Origin: Halothiobacillus sp.
GTDB lineage: Bacteria; Pseudomonadota; Gammaproteobacteria; Halothiobacillales; Halothiobacillaceae
Reading direction: 5' to 3'
DNA: 64,000 nucleotides
NCBI GenBank assembly: GCA_024635755.1
Contig: JAGXIF010000044.1
Coordinates: forward strand, 28,086-92,085
The position numbers and the translations under genes are program-made. This document shows positions 59,626 through 64,000 of the stretch, one piece after another. The notes below the pieces were generated by a model. That model saw only the letters and a program-made list of their open reading frames with translations. It was not told the DNA's origin and made no database searches. Positions within the stretch are counted from its first letter, which is position 1. Every line of letters begins with the position of its first letter.

Positions 59626-61467
59626 TCAGCCGGTGCCGCCTTCATGAAACCACTCGTGGATACGCGCTGCCTGGGCGGTAGAGATGCCCGGCACCTTGGC
59701 CAGTTCGGCGACACTGGCCGCCTTCAACCCCCGGATGCCGCCGAAATGCTTGAGCAATGCCTGGCGGCGTTTGCCGCCCACGCCAGGAATGCGCTCCAGA
59801 TCCGACTGGGTGCGCGCCTTCTGTCGTCGCGCCCGGTGGCCGGTAATGGCGAAGCGGTGCGCCTCGTCGCGCACCTGCTGGATCAGGTGCAGGGCCGGGT
59901 CGTGCGGGCTGAGGTGGTCCTCGGCATACAACCCCGGCGCATCGGCCAAGGGCTGGATCAGGGTCTCCTCGCCGGGGCGGCGCTCCGGCCCCTTGGCCAC
60001 GCCGATCACCCGCACCCGGCCGGTCAGCGCCCGCTCGGCGAGCACGTCCACGGCCTGGGCCAGCTGGCCCCGCCCGCCATCGATCAACAGCACGTCCGGC
60101 AGCACGCCCGACTCGCGCACTGCCCGGTCGAAACGACGCGACAACGCCTGGTGCATGGCGGCGTAATCGTCTCCCGGGGCCACGCCTTCGATGTGATAGC
60201 GGCGATACTGGTCCTTGCGCGGCCCCTCCGGGCCGAAGACCACACAGGAGGCAACGGTCAGCTCCCCCTGCGTATGGGAGATATCAAAGCACTCGATCCG
60301 CTCGATCGATTCGACCTTGAGCCATTCGGACAGGGCATCGAACCGCGTGGCCAGTCCCCGGCGGCTGACCAGGCGCTCTTGCAGCGCGATGCGGGCGTTC
60401 TCACGCGTGTCGCTCAACCAGGCCCGTGCCTTGCCTCGTTGAGGCACCAGAAATTCGACCCGGTGACCGGCTTGCTGGGCGAACATGCCGGCCAGCCACT
60501 CCGCGTCTTCCGGCATCTCGTCGCAGAGAACGCGGCGCGGAATGTCCTGGTCACTGTAATAGAGGCCGAGAAAGCCGGCGATGATCTCGCCCGGGGTGGC
60601 ATCGTTGGGCACATCCGGAAAGAAGTGGCGGGTGCCGAGATGGCGTCCGTCCCGGATGGTGGCCACACCCACCGCCGTCATGCCCTGCTCCGAAATCTGG
60701 GCAATGACATCCGCATCCCCGGACATGCCGGTGATGCCCTGTTGCTGGCTGATCGCGCGCAGCATGCCGATCTGGTCACGCAGGTCTGCCGCCCCCTCGA
60801 AGTCGAGATGTTCAGCGGCACGTTCCATCCGGGCCACCAGATCATCGATCAGCTTCTGACTGCGACCGGACAGGAACGCCATGGTGTCCTCGACGTCCTG
60901 GCGATAGGCGGCCTCGTCGATGTAGCCCACGCAAGGGGCCTTGCAGCGTTCGATCTGGTATTGAAGGCAGGGGCGGGAGCGATTCTGAAACACGCTGTCC
61001 TCGCACTGGCGCACCTTGAAGACCTTCTCGAGGAGATTGAGCGTCTCGCGCACCGATCCAGCCGAGGGATAGGGCCCGAAGTAGCGCCCCGGGCGCTTGC
61101 GGGCGCCACGGTGGTAGGCCAGCCGCGGAAAGCGGTCGTGGGTGGAGACGTAGATCCAAGGGTAGCTCTTGTCGTCGCGCAGCAGCACGTTGTAACGCGG
61201 CCGGTGCGCCTTGATGAGGTTGCTCTCCAGCAACAGCGCCTCGGCCTCGGTCTGGGTGGTGGTGATTTCCACAGACGCGACCTGCTCGACCAGCCGGCGG
61301 GTCTTGATCGCCTTCGGGGTGCCGCGAAAGTAACTGCCCAGCCGATTCTTGAGATTGCGGGCCTTGCCCACGTAGATGATCTCGCCGGCTTCGTTGAGCA
61401 TGCGATAGACGCCGGGGCGCTCGGTGACCGAGGCCAGAAAGGCCTTGGCGTCAAACGAGTCAGTCAT
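59626..61467 (-). CDS. uvrC: Excinuclease ABC subunit C
   Basis: GIY-YIG (PGVYRM, IYVGKARNL), Cys cluster, ECFDISH, LIDGGRGQ, RDEAHRFA and HhH motifs. Confidence 0.98.
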   Translation of the reverse strand: MTDSFDAKAFLASVTERPGVYRMLNEAGEIIYVGKARNLKNRLGSYFRGTPKAIKTRRLVEQVASVEITTTQTEAEALLLESNLIKAHRPRYNVLLRDDKSYPWIYVSTHDRFPRLAYHRGARKRPGRYFGPYPSAGSVRETLNLLEKVFKVRQCEDSVFQNRSRPCLQYQIERCKAPCVGYIDEAAYRQDVEDTMAFLSGRSQKLIDDLVARMERAAEHLDFEGAADLRDQIGMLRAISQQQGITGMSGDADVIAQISEQGMTAVGVATIRDGRHLGTRHFFPDVPNDATPGEIIAGFLGLYYSDQDIPRRVLCDEMPEDAEWLAGMFAQQAGHRVEFLVPQRGKARAWLSDTRENARIALQERLVSRRGLATRFDALSEWLKVESIERIECFDISHTQGELTVASCVVFGPEGPRKDQYRRYHIEGVAPGDDYAAMHQALSRRFDRAVRESGVLPDVLLIDGGRGQLAQAVDVLAERALTGRVRVIGVAKGPERRPGEETLIQPLADAPGLYAEDHLSPHDPALHLIQQVRDEAHRFAITGHRARRQKARTQSDLERIPGVGGKRRQALLKHFGGIRGLKAASVAELAKVPGISTAQAARIHEWFHEGGTG

Positions 61468-61492
61468 CGGGAGGGAACGGTCAGCGTCAGGG

Positions 61493-62131
61493 TCAGGCCG
61501 ACAGCACGGTCCGACCGGCCTTGACGGCCATGCGCAGGAGGTCGATGTCCGTGTTGACGCCCAGCTTTTCGTGGATACGTGCGCGGTAGGTGCTGATGGT
61601 CTTCGGACTGACGCAGAGGGCGTCCGAGATGGTGGTGTTGTTCTTGCCTTCGAGGATCATCCGCAAGACCTGTTGCTCGCGCCCCGAGAGCACATCGAAG
61701 GGATCTTCCTCGGGCCGGCCGTTGTGGAGGGCGATCTCCTGGGCGATCCGGCTGGAGACGAAACGCTTGCCCTGGGAAGCCTTGCGCATGGCCGTCAGCA
61801 GTTCGTCCGGCTCGGCGTCCTTGGTGACGTAGGCATGTACGCCACTTTCCAGCACCTCGCGGGCGAGCGAGACATCCGCCTCCGCGGTCAGGGCGATCAA
61901 GCCCAGGCGGGGATAGGACTGGTGGGCGCGCTTGAGGCATTCGAACCCCCCCATGCCCGGCATGTGGATATCACAGAGCACGGCATCCACACCGCCGGCA
62001 CGCAACAGCTCCAGTGCCCGCTCGCCACTGTCGGCCTCGGCGACCACCTCGATGTCACCCGCCCCGCCGATCAGGTGGCTGATCGCGGCGCGAACCATCG
62101 TGTGATCATCAATAATCATGACCCGAATCAT
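61493..62131 (-). CDS. uvrY: UvrY/GacA-family response regulator
   Basis: REC domain (IDDH, CDIHMPG) plus LuxR HTH (SPKTISTYRARI); canonical position upstream of uvrC. Confidence 0.85.
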   Translation of the reverse strand: MIRVMIIDDHTMVRAAISHLIGGAGDIEVVAEADSGERALELLRAGGVDAVLCDIHMPGMGGFECLKRAHQSYPRLGLIALTAEADVSLAREVLESGVHAYVTKDAEPDELLTAMRKASQGKRFVSSRIAQEIALHNGRPEEDPFDVLSGREQQVLRMILEGKNNTTISDALCVSPKTISTYRARIHEKLGVNTDIDLLRMAVKAGRTVLSA

Positions 62132-62300
62132 CGGCAAACCTTCGTCTTGGTGCGAACAAGCCCCGTGTCGATTCCCACCGTTTGTCTCGCAGACGACCGG
62201 CCTGGCAAGCTCCGCGCCAGACCCCGTAAAATCCTGTCAGATATTTCTGTGTTCTGACGGCCACCGGCCACGCAGGGGCGTGCGGCCCCACCGCGCCAAT

Positions 62301-62771
62301 TTACCACTGACTGTAGGGATTTTTAACCAGCGAAACGTTGTAGTAGCGGGGATCGTGCGACACCTCGTCGCCCACCCATGGGGGGCGCTCGAAGACCTGA
62401 TCCTCTTGATCCAGTTCCACCTCGGCCACGACCAGGCCGGCGTTCTCGCCGTGAAACTCGTCGATTTCCCACAGCAGCACGCCCCGGTGGACGAAATGGC
62501 GAACCTTGTCGATGACCGGCCCGGTGGTCAGGTGATCGAGCATGCGCCGGGCATCGGCCAAGGGAATCTCGTACTCGAATTCATCGCGGGAAATACCGAG
62601 CGTGCGGCTCTTGATGTTCAGCCACGCTCGTTCGCCGGTAATACGTGCCCGCAGCGACACCGGCCCCTGATCGTTGAGATAGCCCTGCACCATGCGTTCG
62701 GATCGCTCGACGGCATCGCGCCAGCTCTCGTCGGCCAGCAGGAACTTGCGTTCGATCTCCGTCGCCATCAC
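62301..62771 (-). CDS. CYTH-domain protein (triphosphate tunnel metalloenzyme)
   Basis: EIERKFL (ExExK), EFEYEIP, WEIDEF and AEVEL motifs. Confidence 0.92.
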   Translation of the reverse strand: MMATEIERKFLLADESWRDAVERSERMVQGYLNDQGPVSLRARITGERAWLNIKSRTLGISRDEFEYEIPLADARRMLDHLTTGPVIDKVRHFVHRGVLLWEIDEFHGENAGLVVAEVELDQEDQVFERPPWVGDEVSHDPRYYNVSLVKNPYSQW

Positions 62772-62796
62772 AGCCTCCCGGTCGTTCGCGGATGAT

Positions 62797-63771
62797 TCAG
62801 TAACGGATCAGGGCCGATCCCCAGGTGAAGCCGCCGCCGAAGGCCTCCATCAGGATCACGTCACCACGCTTGATGCGCCCGTCGCGCACGGCGACGTCCA
62901 GCGCCAGCGGCACGGAGGCCGCCGAGGTATTGCCATGCTGGCCGACCGTGACCACTACCCGATCCATCGACATGCCCAGCTTGCGGGCCGTGGCCTGGAT
63001 GATGCGGATATTGGCCTGGTGGGGAACCAGCCAGTCGATATCCTTGGGACTCATATCGGCCGCCGCCATGGTCTGGTCCACGATCCGGCCGAGCGTGTTC
63101 ACCGCCATGCGAAAGACCTCGTTGCCGCGCATCTCGATGAAGGCGGTGCCATCGGCGAGGCGCTCGGGGTCGGCGGTCTCCGGATCGGGCTTGACCGTGG
63201 TCAGCAGCGACTCGTAGCTGCCGTCGGCGTGGATGTCGGTGCGGATGATGCCCGGCTCATCAGAGGCCTCGAGCACCACCGCCCCGGCGCCATCGGCGAA
63301 CAACACACAGGTGCCACGGTCATTCCAGTTGATGATGTTCGACAGGGTCTCGGCCCCGACCACCAGGGCGCACCGGGCCGCGCCGGTCTTGATGAACTTG
63401 TCCGCCACCGAGAGCGCGTAGACGAAGCCGGTGCACACGGCCTGTACGTCAAAGGCCGGCGGGCCATGAATACCGAGTTTCTGTTGCAGCAGGCAGGCGG
63501 TGGAGGGAAAGGTCCGGTCGGGCGTAGTGGTCGCCACGATGATCAGGTCCACTTCCTCGGGCACGCGCCCGGCCGCCTCGAGCGCCGCACGCGCGGCCGG
63601 TTCGGCCAGGTCGGAGGTCAACTGCCCCTCGGCGGCGATGTGGCGTTGCTCGATGCCGGTGCGTTCGCGAATCCAGCTATCGGAAGTGTCGACGATCTGC
63701 TCGAGGTCATGGTTGGTCATGACCCGTTCGGGAAGATAACTTCCGGTCCCGGTGATCCGCGAATGGGTCAT
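62797..63771 (-). CDS. fabH: 3-oxoacyl-ACP synthase III
   Basis: AVCTGF (catalytic Cys), [15 protein letters not shown] and GGGFTWG motifs. Confidence 0.97.
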   Translation of the reverse strand: MTHSRITGTGSYLPERVMTNHDLEQIVDTSDSWIRERTGIEQRHIAAEGQLTSDLAEPAARAALEAAGRVPEEVDLIIVATTTPDRTFPSTACLLQQKLGIHGPPAFDVQAVCTGFVYALSVADKFIKTGAARCALVVGAETLSNIINWNDRGTCVLFADGAGAVVLEASDEPGIIRTDIHADGSYESLLTTVKPDPETADPERLADGTAFIEMRGNEVFRMAVNTLGRIVDQTMAAADMSPKDIDWLVPHQANIRIIQATARKLGMSMDRVVVTVGQHGNTSAASVPLALDVAVRDGRIKRGDVILMEAFGGGFTWGSALIRY

Positions 63772-64000
63772 GAGGACTGACGCTCCTGGAGCAGTTGCTC
63801 CAGTTGCTGATCGATGCGGCGAGGCACATCCATGTCGATCTCGCGCAGGGCGACGTCGAGGGCGTGACCGAAGGACGCCACGTCCGCTCCACCGTGACTC
63901 TTGATCACGATGCCCTGCAAGCCGAGCAGGCTGGCGCCGTTGAAGCGGCCGGGGTCGACGCGGTTCTTCAGCCGGGCCAGCACGGGCATTGCCATCAGGG
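63768..64000 (-). CDS. plsX: Phosphate acyltransferase PlsX (C-terminal part)
   Basis: [17 protein letters not shown] motif; ATGA overlap with fabH. Confidence 0.92.
   Translation of the reverse strand, partial: LMAMPVLARLKNRVDPGRFNGASLLGLQGIVIKSHGGADVASFGHALDVALREIDMDVPRRIDQQLEQLLQERQSS

Noticed and set aside
59515-61524. 669-aa ORF antisense to uvrC
   Set aside because: Shadow ORF.

Overview
GC-rich (roughly two-thirds G+C) gammaproteobacterial core chromosome. The acidic protein tails, c-type cytochromes and polar-type flagellar regulation suggest a halophilic Chromatiales-like organism, possibly Guyparkeria/Halothiobacillus-like (inference only). In window order: cdsA(partial)-uppS-frr-pyrH-tsf-rpsB with the t44 leader; glmM, a diheme cytochrome c, folP-ftsH-rlmE, a PCu(A)C/SCO pair, yhbY-aat, a CPA2 antiporter, a 76-aa orphan, mfd and an RDD protein; a complete dcw cluster (mraZ to ftsZ); RNase P RNA; a helical-repeat orphan; an H-NS-family gene; fleQ-fliEFGHIJK with a divergent FliK-like/FlhB-C-terminal-like pair; tRNA Pro-Arg-His; rppH-ptsP, a HAD-IB phosphatase, dcd, a DUF1134-like lipoprotein, a DUF3365-like cytochrome, a large MscS channel, uvrY-uvrC, CYTH, fabH and plsX(partial). 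I saw no prophage, integrase, transposase, CRISPR array or defence island. Nothing here is demonstrably a new system. The best leads are the second FliK/FlhB-like module, the small orphan with a FliK-like C-terminus, the orphan beside rnpB and several candidate regulatory elements. All family calls come from motif and synteny recognition, not database searches.
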